From assembly GCA_017456895.1 (NCBI GenBank), contig JAFTIN010000014.1:22883-86882 (forward strand): a stretch of 64,000 nucleotides of DNA, in the 5' to 3' direction. Position 1 is the stretch's first letter, and each line of letters starts with the position of its first letter. A program made the translations under genes and the position numbers. The notes beneath the pieces are model-generated. The model saw nothing but the letters and a program-made list of their open reading frames with translations, did no database searches and was not told the DNA's origin. Positions 36,666 to 47,000 of the stretch are shown in pieces. Source of the DNA: Clostridia bacterium. Its GTDB lineage: Bacteria; Bacillota; Clostridia; Oscillospirales; CAG-272.

Positions 36666-36810
36666 CAAAAAGACAATTTTTCCACTCATTTTTATATCAA
36701 AAAATTACACGTTTTACTTTTTGTTTAACTTGTACAAAAACTGTTTTGAATTTTCTACGGCCAAAATTCACGTAAGCCTAGATGTTTTCTCATTTTTTAT
36801 CATCAAAAAA

Positions 36811-36859
36811 GAAAAAAGCACCTGTAGTGAAGAATGAAATCACTCTCACTTCAGATGCT
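36811..36859 (-). terminator. Intrinsic terminator after mnmA
   Basis: A 14-bp stem (agcatctgaagtga/tcactacaggtgct, with one wobble and one mismatch) is followed on the minus strand by ttttttc. Confidence 0.7.
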
Positions 36860-36918
36860 TTCTAAACAAATATTCAATTGTATTTTTACTGAAAAAATCG
36901 GTACAGATATGGAACCTA

Positions 36919-37947
36919 TCAGTCAATAAAACCGCCTGCAAGCAACTCGTCACCGTCATAAATTACAGCTGACTGACCGGGTGTAACCGCCCTCTCGGGA
37001 CGGGCGAGTGTAATAATCGCACCACCCTCACCGTCAAACTCAACAGAGGCGGGAGTCGGGCTCGCAAGATATCTGAGCTTAACGGCAGCCTCTCTTTTTT
37101 CGCCCTTTTTCGGATCGCACATTCCGGAATATACAAGGTCACTCACCGACACCTTGTCGGTAAAGCTGCCCTCCGTAGATAGTACGATCTCATTTTTTTC
37201 CGCATTAATGCTATTGACGAAGATTCGCTCTCCGTATGAAACGCCAAGTCCTTTTCTCTGTCCTACCGTATATCTGACAATGCCTTTGTGTCTTCCGATT
37301 ACCGATCCATCCTCAAGCACAAAATCCCCCTCGGGAAACGGCCCCTTGATACCCTCTATATATGCGGCGTAATCGTTGTCCGGGATAAAACAGATCTCCT
37401 GGCTCTCCTTACGTTCTACAGCAGAAAGTCCGATCTGTGCTGACTTTCTCTTAATCTCATCCTTTATCTCGTTTGAAAGTGGAAATACAAGCCTTGAAAG
37501 CACATCCCGGCCAAGTCTATGCAGCATATAAGTCTGATCCTTACGCTCATCCCTCGCCCTCTTGAGTGTATAAAGCGTTCTTCCCTGCTCTATTCGGGTA
37601 ACGACAGTTGCATAGTGTCCGGTCGCGATTTTATCAAAGCCGTGCTCTAAGGCGTAATCCAAAAGAGCGCGAAACTTAACCAGAGGATTACAGATAACGC
37701 AAGGATTGGGCGTCCTGCCACGGGAGTATTCGTTAACGAAATTATCCTTCACCGCAAGAAAACGATCTACAGCGTCGATAACGTGAAGCTTGATACCAAG
37801 AGACTGCGCAGCCTCGCGCGCACTGTCAAGTTCGGTATACTCGTGCATAACGATTACAGCCCCTTCAACCTCATGGCCTTCATTTATTAATTTATAGGCG
37901 GCGTACGTGCTATCAATACCGCCGCTTAATCCAACGAGTATCCTCAC
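36919..37947 (-). CDS. mnmA: tRNA 2-thiouridine(34) synthase
   Basis: A PP-loop motif (VGLSGGIDS) is present, along with GRTPNPCVICN and ATGHYA. The GTG at 37947 follows gaggagg. The ATG at 38016 in the track would overlap nifU by 38 nt and adds an arginine-rich tail atypical of MnmA. Confidence 0.85.
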   Translation of the reverse strand: MRILVGLSGGIDSTYAAYKLINEGHEVEGAVIVMHEYTELDSAREAAQSLGIKLHVIDAVDRFLAVKDNFVNEYSRGRTPNPCVICNPLVKFRALLDYALEHGFDKIATGHYATVVTRIEQGRTLYTLKRARDERKDQTYMLHRLGRDVLSRLVFPLSNEIKDEIKRKSAQIGLSAVERKESQEICFIPDNDYAAYIEGIKGPFPEGDFVLEDGSVIGRHKGIVRYTVGQRKGLGVSYGERIFVNSINAEKNEIVLSTEGSFTDKVSVSDLVYSGMCDPKKGEKREAAVKLRYLASPTPASVEFDGEGGAIITLARPERAVTPGQSAVIYDGDELLAGGFID

Positions 37948-37978
37948 GGTAAATGTTCCTCCTCGTGTATTTGAGGTA

Positions 37979-38413
37979 TTATTCCTCCTCGATGACCTCT
38001 TCCTCATCGTGCTCATCGGGGAGCTCGAAATCGATGGGTCTGCCTATACGCTTGTAGTAGTCTGCAATAGCGCTTCTAACCGCCTCCTCAGCGAGCACTG
38101 AGCAATGCACCTTAACGGGCGGAAGTCCGTCAAGGGCTTCCACGACCGCACTGTTGGTGAGCGCGAGCGCGTCCTTTACACTTTTTCCCTTAATGAGCTC
38201 GGTAGCCATAGAAGAGGTAGCGATAGCCGCACCGCAGCCAAAGGTCTTGAACTTGCAATCGGTGATGATATCGTTCTCATCGATCTCAAGATATATCTTC
38301 ATAATATCTCCGCACTTTGCGTTTCCTACAACGCCGATACCCTGTGCATTATCTATCTCACCAACGTTTCTTGGATTGGTGAAATGGTCCATAACTTTTT
38401 CACTATAAAGCAT
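37979..38413 (-). CDS. nifU: Fe-S cluster assembly scaffold (NifU/IscU N-terminal type)
   Basis: The sequence contains HFTNPRNVG, GNAKCGD, FKTFGCGAAIA and VHCSVLA. Confidence 0.9.
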   Translation of the reverse strand: MLYSEKVMDHFTNPRNVGEIDNAQGIGVVGNAKCGDIMKIYLEIDENDIITDCKFKTFGCGAAIATSSMATELIKGKSVKDALALTNSAVVEALDGLPPVKVHCSVLAEEAVRSAIADYYKRIGRPIDFELPDEHDEEEVIEEE

Positions 38414-38445
38414 TTCTTTTTCCTCGTTTTTGTCTTTAATATCAA

Positions 38446-39627
38446 TTATTGCCTATTTTTATTTACAATTTCTTCCCATAACGGACTCATATTACGGAGT
38501 CTCTCGATGATAGGCGGAAGAGTATCAAGTATATAATCAATATCCTCATCCGTGGTCTCGTGAGTGATAGAGAGTCTGATCGATCCGTGTGCCTTCTCAT
38601 GCGGAACGCCGATGGCCAAAAGGACGTGGGACGGATCAAGAGAAGCCGAGGAGCAAGCAGAACCGGTTGAGGCGCAGATGCCTGCCATATCAAGCCACAT
38701 TAGGATACTTTCACCCTCAATAAACTCAAATCCGATATTCACGTTACCCGCAAGTCTGTCCGTAGGATGACCGTTGAGCTTGGAATATGGGATCTTGGTA
38801 AGCTCGCCAATGAGACGGTCTCTCTTTGCCCTAACCTTATCGAGCTCGGGTATCCTATTCTTTGCTATCTCAAGCGCCTTTGCAAGACCTACGATATACG
38901 GTACGTTCTCGGTACCGCCTCTCTTGCGTCTTTCCTGTCCGCCACCGTCAATAAGGTTGTCGATAAAGACTCCCTTTCTGATATAGAGCATACCTATTCC
39001 CTTAGGAGCGTGAAGCTTGTGTCCGGAAAGTGAAAGCATATCTACCTTGAGCCTTGATAGATCAATGTCGACAGCTCCGACTGCCTGTACAGCATCGGTA
39101 AAAAAGAGAGCGCCCTTTGAATGAGCTATCTCTACCATTTGCTCTATCGGCTCAATAGTACCTATCTCATTGTTGGCAAACATAATTGCTACAAGCGCAG
39201 TATTCTCGGTAACTGCCTCGCGCAATTCATCAAGGTTTACCGTTCCGTACTCATCAGTACCGACATAGGTTACCGTGAATCCCTGCTTTTCAAGAGCCTC
39301 GCAGGTATGAAGAACGGCATGATGCTCGATCTTAGATGTTACAATATGAGTTCTCCCCTTCTTCCTCATCCTCATAGCTGCGCCCTTTATAGCCCAGTTG
39401 TCGGATTCGGTACCGGAAGCGGTGAAGTAGAGCTCGTTTGGATTACAATTAAAGACGCGCGCGATCCTTGCTCTCGCGTCATCGACCAGAGCCTTTGCCT
39501 CATATCCCTTGCCGTGCTGGCTGGAGGGGTTGCCCCAGGCAGTCTCAAAGCATACGGACATAGCCTCCACGACCTCGCGGGAAACGGGAGTCGTCGCAGC
39601 GTTATCTGCATATACGAATCTATCCAT
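38446..39627 (-). CDS. nifS: Cysteine desulfurase
   Basis: The sequence contains YADNAATTP, the PLP lysine region (SLSGHKLHAPKGIG) and the active-site STGSACSS. The ATG at 39627 follows aagagga. Confidence 0.9.
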   Translation of the reverse strand: MDRFVYADNAATTPVSREVVEAMSVCFETAWGNPSSQHGKGYEAKALVDDARARIARVFNCNPNELYFTASGTESDNWAIKGAAMRMRKKGRTHIVTSKIEHHAVLHTCEALEKQGFTVTYVGTDEYGTVNLDELREAVTENTALVAIMFANNEIGTIEPIEQMVEIAHSKGALFFTDAVQAVGAVDIDLSRLKVDMLSLSGHKLHAPKGIGMLYIRKGVFIDNLIDGGGQERRKRGGTENVPYIVGLAKALEIAKNRIPELDKVRAKRDRLIGELTKIPYSKLNGHPTDRLAGNVNIGFEFIEGESILMWLDMAGICASTGSACSSASLDPSHVLLAIGVPHEKAHGSIRLSITHETTDEDIDYILDTLPPIIERLRNMSPLWEEIVNKNRQ

Positions 39628-39783
39628 GTTTTTCCTCTTAAAGTGTTTTTCTTTTTTCGTAAGTATTGTATACCTTTTTTGTGTATATTTCAATACCCTA
39701 TGAAAAATAAAAAGCTCTTATATGTTAATTTTTTGTGAACGAGGCGTGCGCGGCGTAATAAATAAAGATTTTTCCCTCTCCAC

Positions 39784-39812
39784 TTGACATTCGTTGAAGA
39801 AAAATATACAAT
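39784..39812 (+). promoter_or_regulatory. SigA-type promoter for glk
   Basis: TTGACA, 17-nt spacer, TACAAT. Confidence 0.55.
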
Positions 39813-39874
39813 ATACGTGGGATGCGTAAAAATTATCCTATCCCATCAATCCCATAACAGAAAGCGAGAAAATT

Positions 39875-40837
39875 ATGTATACAGTTGGCGTTGACCTTGG
39901 CGGAACCAATATAGCCGTGGGAATCTGCGATGAAAAGCTCAATATAGTAGCAAAGGGCTCCGTGCCCACCCTTGCAGCAAGAGATCCTGAACTTATTGTG
40001 AAGGATATGTCTGATCTTGTAGGAAGTCTGGCTGAGAATGCGGGTATCCCCTACTCTGAGATATCCTACGTAGGTATCGCGGCGCCCGGCTCAATAAACT
40101 CCGACACCGGAGTTGTCGAATACTCAAACAACATTCAGATGTCTAACTTCCCAATGTGTGAGATATTCAAGAAGTATTCGCCCATCAAGACAGTCTACAT
40201 AGCCAATGACGCTAATGCGGCGGCTCTCGGCGAGGCTTTGGCAGGTGCGGCAAAGGGCGCAGGCGTAGCTCTGATGATCACCCTCGGCACCGGAGTCGGC
40301 GGAGGAGTCATTATGAACGGTAAGATCTTTGCCGGCGGCGTCAATTACTCGGGCACCGAGCTTGGACACACGGTACTCGTTGCGGGTGGCAGACAGTGCA
40401 CCTGTGGCAGACGTGGCTGCTGGGAGGCATATTCCTCTGCTACCGCGCTCTCCAGAATGACCAAGGAGAAGATGACCGAGCTTTCTCTCAAAGGCATCAC
40501 TTCCCTAATGCACAGTATGGAAAAGCCGGACGGCAGCGTATCTGCGAGGGTTCCCTTCGCCGCTATGAAGCAAGGTGACCCTTATGCCAAGGAGGTATGC
40601 GACGAGTATATACGCTACCTTGCAGAGGGTATTACGAATATGATAAATATTTTCCAGCCTCACGTGCTCTGCATAGGCGGAGGCGTGTGCAACGAGAAGG
40701 AATATCTCACCAAGCCCCTTATCGAGATCGTTGAACGCGATCAATACACCAGAACAAATCCAAACAAGGCAAAAATCGTTACCGCGACACTCGGAAACGA
40801 TGCGGGCATCATCGGCGCCGCAAGCCTCGGTAAGTAA
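39875..40837 (+). CDS. glk: ROK-family glucokinase
   Basis: The sequence contains VGVDLGGTNIAVG and the ROK zinc motif (GHTVLVAGGRQCTCGRRGCWEAY). Confidence 0.85.
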   Translation: MYTVGVDLGGTNIAVGICDEKLNIVAKGSVPTLAARDPELIVKDMSDLVGSLAENAGIPYSEISYVGIAAPGSINSDTGVVEYSNNIQMSNFPMCEIFKKYSPIKTVYIANDANAAALGEALAGAAKGAGVALMITLGTGVGGGVIMNGKIFAGGVNYSGTELGHTVLVAGGRQCTCGRRGCWEAYSSATALSRMTKEKMTELSLKGITSLMHSMEKPDGSVSARVPFAAMKQGDPYAKEVCDEYIRYLAEGITNMINIFQPHVLCIGGGVCNEKEYLTKPLIEIVERDQYTRTNPNKAKIVTATLGNDAGIIGAASLGK

Positions 40838-40843
40838 ATAATC

Positions 40844-40891
40844 AGAGCAAGAGTAAAAGGAGATCATTCCTTCTATTCTTGCTCTTTTTTT
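40844..40891 (+). terminator. Intrinsic terminator after glk
   Basis: The stem agagcaaga/tcttgctct is followed by ttttttt. Confidence 0.65.
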
Positions 40892-41043
40892 CGCTAATTT
40901 GATGTATTTATCAACTTTTTTTGCCTCTTTTAGTTATTTACGCGCTTTATTTACAATTTGTTTTCAAATTATTCTCCCTTTGTTGTTGAAGAATTCTTCC
41001 GCGCGTATTAAAATAGCTATAAATAAACAAGTGGAGGACCTTT

Positions 41044-42945
41044 ATGAAAAGGCTGATCGCACTTTTTCTCCTTCTGTCAATGCTGTTATGTCAAGCGGCT
41101 TGCTCCGCTCCTGGCGACGGCGCGACTGACGGTGGCGAGAACGTTGAAAACAATAACAACGAGGGTAATAACGGCAATGACGAAACAGTCGGCAACCAAC
41201 CGACCGTTGTCGTACCCGAATATAAGGATTACGGACGGGGAAGCGTCGACTTTGACAAGCTGATCTACTCTCGTCCAAATATGGAGGCGATAATCAACTC
41301 TGTTGAATCGGTAAAGGAAACTGTAAGTAAAAACGAGGTGTCCGTCCTTCTTCAAATAGAAGCAATACGCTCGCTCGAGATAGAGCTCGACAAAGTCGAC
41401 ACAATGTACACACTCGCTGAAATATACCGTAGCAAGGATTCTACAGTCGAGTTTTGGCAGGACGAGTATGGATACATCTCAACAAATTACCCCAAGCTCT
41501 CGATGGCGGTGGAGGACCTACTCGAGGTATGCGCGCTCTCCGAGAACAAAAAAACCTTTGAAGAGGAATACTTCGACTACAGTCTTGATGAATATCTTGA
41601 CGGTGGTATTTATACCGACGAGGTAGTCTCGCTTATGGAGGAGGAAGCAAGACTGGAAAGTGAGTTCTCCTCTCTCAGCACCGCGACTGTAGAGATAGTC
41701 TACAAGAGTATAGCAAGCGATATACACTGGGAGGGCACGACAGACGAGGTCATCGCTATGGCGAAGGAGCACTTCAAGGACAAGCCCGAAAGTTTCGAAA
41801 GAGTGCTTATTGCAATCGATCTTATCTATGAGAATAGGCTGGCAGAGCTAAAAAAACCGATATTCATTGAGCTTATCAAGGTAAGACGTCTTATAGCCGA
41901 CGAGCTCGGACTTGACAGCTATTCAGAGCTGGCGTATGAATCGCTCGGATACGATTACGCCGAAGACGAAATGAAAGAGCTGCTCAAAAACGTGGGAATG
42001 TACGCCTCAAAGATAGCTGAGGATCTTGAATATAGAGTATTCGGCACCTACTTCCAGAGCCATCCTCAGCCTGCGGCATTGGAGAATATGATAATCAACA
42101 ATCTTTACGATTGCTACAAGGATCTCGGCGGCGAATATTTTGAGGCCTTCTCATACATGCTTCAGCATGGCCTGTACGACATAAAGAAGAGTGCAGAAAA
42201 CAGATTCTCCGGCGCATTTACGGCATACATCCGAGACAATGCCTCGCCCTACATCTTTATGAGCGCATCGGGCTTTATCAAGGATTACACTACCCTCTCG
42301 CACGAGTTCGGACACTTTCTCGATAGCTATGTGAACAATGGTAACGATGCCTCGCTATCGATATCTGAAATTTCCTCTCAGGCGCTCGAGTTACTGAGTG
42401 TCTTAAAACTTAAGCGCACTCTCCCCACCGAGAGTTATCAGTACCTTGAGTACTACACACTGTTTACCTTCTTAAACAGTGTGCTCTTGAACCAAAGCTT
42501 CTATTCCGAGTTTGAGCATATGGTATACGGGCTTGAGTATGATGAAATCACCGAGGATAGGCTGGAAAGGATTGTCGAGGAGGCGTTCACTCTCGTTTTC
42601 GGTGAGGATATGAAAATAAGCGGAAATCTCGACTACGTCATCACAACGCACACCGCACTCTATCCCTTTTACGTAGAGTCATACGTAACCTCCGGAATCA
42701 CCTCGCTCGAGATATTTTTCAAAGAGAGTTATAGGACAGGTAAGGCGGGCGACGGCTTCGAGATATACGAGACACTGATCAAGAGAGGTGACACTAAGCT
42801 TACAACTCTCGAAAGACTTGAGCTATGTGGGCTCGACTCACCGTTCAAGGACGGGAAAATAAAAGAAATAGCAAACAATATTTATTACCAAATAACAGGC
42901 AGCAGATACTACAAGGACTGTAGCAACGACGTGGGTGCAGCCTGA
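41044..42945 (+). CDS. Secreted (probably lipid-anchored) M3-like zinc metallopeptidase (oligoendopeptidase-F-like)
   Basis: The signal peptide reads LLLSMLLCQAACS and is followed by an N/G/E-rich linker. HEFGH is present in LSHEFGHFLDSY. The length is about 630 aa. Confidence 0.6.
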   Translation: MKRLIALFLLLSMLLCQAACSAPGDGATDGGENVENNNNEGNNGNDETVGNQPTVVVPEYKDYGRGSVDFDKLIYSRPNMEAIINSVESVKETVSKNEVSVLLQIEAIRSLEIELDKVDTMYTLAEIYRSKDSTVEFWQDEYGYISTNYPKLSMAVEDLLEVCALSENKKTFEEEYFDYSLDEYLDGGIYTDEVVSLMEEEARLESEFSSLSTATVEIVYKSIASDIHWEGTTDEVIAMAKEHFKDKPESFERVLIAIDLIYENRLAELKKPIFIELIKVRRLIADELGLDSYSELAYESLGYDYAEDEMKELLKNVGMYASKIAEDLEYRVFGTYFQSHPQPAALENMIINNLYDCYKDLGGEYFEAFSYMLQHGLYDIKKSAENRFSGAFTAYIRDNASPYIFMSASGFIKDYTTLSHEFGHFLDSYVNNGNDASLSISEISSQALELLSVLKLKRTLPTESYQYLEYYTLFTFLNSVLLNQSFYSEFEHMVYGLEYDEITEDRLERIVEEAFTLVFGEDMKISGNLDYVITTHTALYPFYVESYVTSGITSLEIFFKESYRTGKAGDGFEIYETLIKRGDTKLTTLERLELCGLDSPFKDGKIKEIANNIYYQITGSRYYKDCSNDVGAA

Positions 42946-42950
42946 CAAAA

Positions 42951-42990
42951 AGCATAGAGCCGAATCCTTGGCTCTATGCTTTTTTATTTT
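42951..42990 (+). terminator. Intrinsic terminator after the M3-like gene
   Basis: An 11-bp stem (agcatagagcc/ggctctatgct) is followed by tttttatttttt. Confidence 0.8.
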
Positions 42991-43053
42991 TTCACATATC
43001 CGTAGCTCCTTGCATAATATGGACTAATGAGCAAAAGAAAGGAGGAGTGGAAA

Positions 43054-43269
43054 ATGCGTTTTGACAAAGAAAAATTGGAAGCTTTGATTGCCCTACCCGA
43101 CGATGAGCTATGGAGGACTGTGGTTACTATAGGTAAAACTCACGGTTTCACCCTGCCCGAGAAAGCACCGCCTCATGATGAGATCGAGAAACTAAGGAAA
43201 ATAGCCAAGGACGGCTCCAAGATGAACGTAAGTGCAGCTATAAAAATACTGTCAAGGTATGTAAAATAG
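43054..43269 (+). CDS. Small hypothetical protein (71 aa)
   Basis: The ATG at 43054 lies 8 nt after aaaggagg. Codon usage is host-like. It is first in a three-gene set. Confidence 0.5.
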   Translation: MRFDKEKLEALIALPDDELWRTVVTIGKTHGFTLPEKAPPHDEIEKLRKIAKDGSKMNVSAAIKILSRYVK

Positions 43270-43277
43270 GAGGATAT

Positions 43278-43580
43278 ATGGCTAACACACCCGACCTATC
43301 TAAAATTGTTGATCTAATTATGCAGAATCCAAAGCTGATCGAGGAGATCTCTGCCTTGGCAAGGGACAGCGATACAGTAAGCGAAGACGCAGTCGATACG
43401 GAAATCGAAGAGACGAGCAAGGTATCCGCAACGCCCGAGGAGGTGCGGGGCGGATCAATGAGGGAGCACAGGCGCGAGCTATTATCCGCCATGAAGCCCT
43501 ATCTCTCCGAGGGCAGACGCTCCGCACTCGACTCAATGTCGTCAATACTTGATATAATCGACGTTATGGTAAAGAGATAA
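43278..43580 (+). CDS. Small hypothetical acidic protein (100 aa)
   Basis: The SD is taggagg. The start lies 8 nt after the upstream stop. Confidence 0.5.
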   Translation: MANTPDLSKIVDLIMQNPKLIEEISALARDSDTVSEDAVDTEIEETSKVSATPEEVRGGSMREHRRELLSAMKPYLSEGRRSALDSMSSILDIIDVMVKR

Positions 43581-43590
43581 GGAGGCGACG

Positions 43591-43977
43591 ATGTATACAA
43601 GGCCATATAGCGACGACAAGAGCGCGATCGTTATTCCGGAAAGCTACGGCGGTACCCTCTTTAAGGAGGACATAAGAGAAACGAAACCGGAGGATGATAC
43701 GTGTGCGCATAGAAGCGAGAGAAGCTCCAACCCATCCGAGGATAATACCGGAGAAAAAGTACATAAAAATGAGGAAAGCACAGAGACATTCTCTTTCCTA
43801 TCGGGCATACGCTTACCGAATTTTGTGACTCAATTCTTCAAAAATAGCAACTTTAGTTTACGAAAAATAGGAACAGAGGAGGTACTTATTATAGCGACTG
43901 CCGCATTTCTCTTCTTTGCAAAAGAGGGAGATAAGGAGTGCGCAATAATGCTTCTATTCCTCCTATTTCTCGGGTAA
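43591..43977 (+). CDS. Small hypothetical protein (128 aa) with a C-terminal hydrophobic segment
   Basis: The SD is aaggagg. The C-terminus (VLIIATAAFLFFAKEGDKECAIMLLFLLFLG) looks like a membrane anchor. Confidence 0.5.
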   Translation: MYTRPYSDDKSAIVIPESYGGTLFKEDIRETKPEDDTCAHRSERSSNPSEDNTGEKVHKNEESTETFSFLSGIRLPNFVTQFFKNSNFSLRKIGTEEVLIIATAAFLFFAKEGDKECAIMLLFLLFLG

Positions 43978-43985
43978 AAAAGAAA

Positions 43986-44031
43986 AATGCGTCGAGTACT
44001 TCTCCATAAAAAGGATAGTATCTGACGCATT
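43986..44031. terminator. Bidirectional hairpin between the small-protein operon and polC
   Basis: The stem aatgcgtc/gacgcatt has a large loop and is flanked by an A-run and a T-run. Confidence 0.5.
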
Positions 44032-44040
44032 TTTTAATAT

Positions 44041-47000
44041 TTAGAACAGAGTCATCTGGTTTGTCTCGGTGAGGTTATCAAGAACATGATTTCTTCTCAA
44101 AATCTCGATAACCGTCTTTGATACTCCGGTCTTGACTCTAAGCTCCTCTATAGAGTGGATCTTCTGCTTTTCCCTTACCTCAACGATCTTCTGCGCAGCA
44201 GTATCACCAAGTCCGGGGAGTGAATTGAAGGGCATACGGATCTTGCCGTTTTCGGGCAAGAAGGCTGTGGCATCCGATTTCTCGAGGTCTACGCCGAGGA
44301 ATACTACTCCCCTGGCCATAGCCTCTCTTACAAGGTAGAGTGTGGAGAGAGTATCGTTATCCTTGGCTGTCGCCTGATTCTCCTTAACCTTCTGCTCTAT
44401 AGCTCCGATAGCAGTATTTACACCCTTGTATCCGCCTATGGCGATCTCACCGTCAAAGCCTCCGGGAGCTACCGTAAGAAATGCGGCGTAAAACTCCATA
44501 GGATAATATATCTTGTACCAGGCAAGACGGATAGCAGACATAACGTAGGCTGCGGCATGGGCCTTCGGGAACATGTATTTGATCTTCTTACACGACCAGA
44601 TATACCATTCCGGAACGTCGTGGGCGAGCATCTCCGCCTCCCACTCGGGCTTAAGTCCCTTACCCTTTCTTACCGATTCCATTATATCGAACGATAGCTT
44701 ACTCTCAAGTCCGTGGGCGATAAGATAAAGCATGATGCTATCACGCGTACCAACAACCTCTGAGATGGTGCAGGTGCCCTGCTTTATGAGCTCCTGCGCA
44801 TTTCCGAGCCAAACGTCGGTGCCGTGGGTAAGTCCGGATATCTGGACAAGATCGGCAAAGGTCTTGGGCTTAGCCTCGACGAGAACCTGCTGAAGGAATC
44901 TGGTGCCGAACTCAGGTATACCAAAGGTAGCAAGTTGGCTACCGCCGATGTCCTCCGGAGTAATACCGAGCGGCCTTGTCGATTCAAAAAGCTCATAAAC
45001 GGTCTTATCGTTCATCTTAACGTCAAGCACACTGGTATTGGTATACTTTTCAAGCATCTTATATTTGGTCGGAATATCGTGTCCAAGCTCGTCAAGCTTA
45101 AGAATAGTATCGTGAAGATACGAGAACTGGAAGTGTGTGGTGACGGTATTGGCGTTGGGATCATCGGCAGGATGCTGGATCGGACTGAAATCGTAGACGT
45201 CATACTCGTTTGGAATTACTATGATTCCGCCCGGGTGCTGTCCGGTCGTCTTCTTGATACCCATAATGCGCGTCGCCATGTAAGCCAGCTGGGATTTGGG
45301 AATTTTGATCTGCTTTTCATCGAGGTATTTTGCGACGTAGCCCCACGCTGTCTTATCCGCAAGGCCGGTAATGGTTCCCGCGCGGAATACGTGACCTTCG
45401 CCGAAGAGATCCTCGGTGTACTTATGTACCTTACCCTGTACGTCTCCTGAGAAGTTAAGGTCGATATCCGGCGACTTGTCACCGTAGAATCCGAGGAAAG
45501 TCTCAAAGGGGATGTCGTGGCCGTCCTGATAGAGCATCTCTCCGCATACGGGACAAACCTTATCAGGCAGATCGAAGCCGGAGCCCACCGAGCCGTCGAG
45601 GAAGAACTCACTGTAGCGACACTTTGGACATCTATAGTGAGGAGGAAGGGGATTGACCTCGGATATACCCGACATTGTAGCAACGAAGGACGAGCCTACT
45701 GAGCCTCGTGAGCCCACCTGATAGCCAAGACTCTCAGAATAAGCGACGAGCTTAACTGCTATCATATAAAGCACGGCAAAGCCGTTGTTGATAATGGACG
45801 TTAGCTCCTTTTCAAGTCGCTTTTCAACAACCTCGGGAAGATCGTCTCCGTACCATTCATGCGCCCTGTTCCAACAAGAGGACACAAGCTCCTCCTTTGC
45901 GCCCGGGAGATCCGGCTCATATCGGCCTTCTGGAATCGGGCGGATATACTCGCACATATCCGCGATCATATTTGGGTTGCTGATAACGACCTCGCGGCAT
46001 GCCTCATCGCCAAGATACGCAAATTCTTCAAGCATCTCGTCGGTGGTGCGTAAGAAGATAGGGGTGGGCTTATCCGCGTCTGAGAACTTCATACCCGCAA
46101 GAAGTATACGCCTGTATATCTCGTCCTCTTCGTTCAAGAAGTGAGCGTCACAGGTAGCACAGACAGGCTTACCGAGTTTCTTTCCAAGATCGTAAATTCG
46201 GCGGTTAATATCCCTTAACTGCTCATCATCCCTCACCTTTTCATCCGCGATCAGGAAGCGATTATTTGCAATAGGTTGTATTTCAAGGTAATCATAGAAG
46301 GACGCGATATCCTCTATTTCTTGTACACTTTTATTGTCAATTATGGCCTTGTAGAGCTCTCCGGCCTCGCAAGCCGATCCGATTATCAAACCTTCTCTGT
46401 ACTCCTCAAGCACAGTTTTAGGTATTCTCGGAAAACGCTTGTAGTAGTCAAGATAGCTAAACGAAATCAGCTTATAGAGATTCTTTAATCCATCCTTATT
46501 CTTTGCGAATATGACCATATGATTGGTCGGAAGCTTCAGAGGATCGGAGTTCTCGCTCATGGCGTCAACCATTCTCTCAAAGGTGCGGATACCCTCACTC
46601 TTAAGCCTGTCCATCATCACAAAGAATATTTCTGCGAGCATCTCAGCATCGTCAGACGCTCTGTGGTGATGGAACTCGTGGAGCTTATAATGCTCTGCGA
46701 TAACGTCGAGCTTATGTTTCTTGAGCTCGGGGTTTACGTAACGCGAGAGACCTACCGTATCAAGATAGGTATTCTCAAAGGCAATTCCGTGTCTGTCGGC
46801 GGCTATTCTGATAAAGCCTACGTCAAAGTTGGCGTTATGGGCGATGAGGAGCCTGTCCCCTGCAAAGTCGAGGAACTTCTCTATCGCCTCCTTCTCCTTG
46901 ATCTGCCCCTTCACCATATCGTCGGTGATCGACGTCAAGGCTGTGATCTCCGGAGGTATAGGCTCCTCGGGATCAACGAAGAAGTCGATGGTGTCAAGCA

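Noticed and set aside
36479-36837. ORFs of 68 aa (minus) and 71 aa (plus) in the AT-rich region upstream of the transporter operon.
   Set aside because: Their translations are low-complexity and rich in F, I, K and Y, as expected from AT-rich DNA. They have no SD sequences and overlap promoter and operator-like elements.
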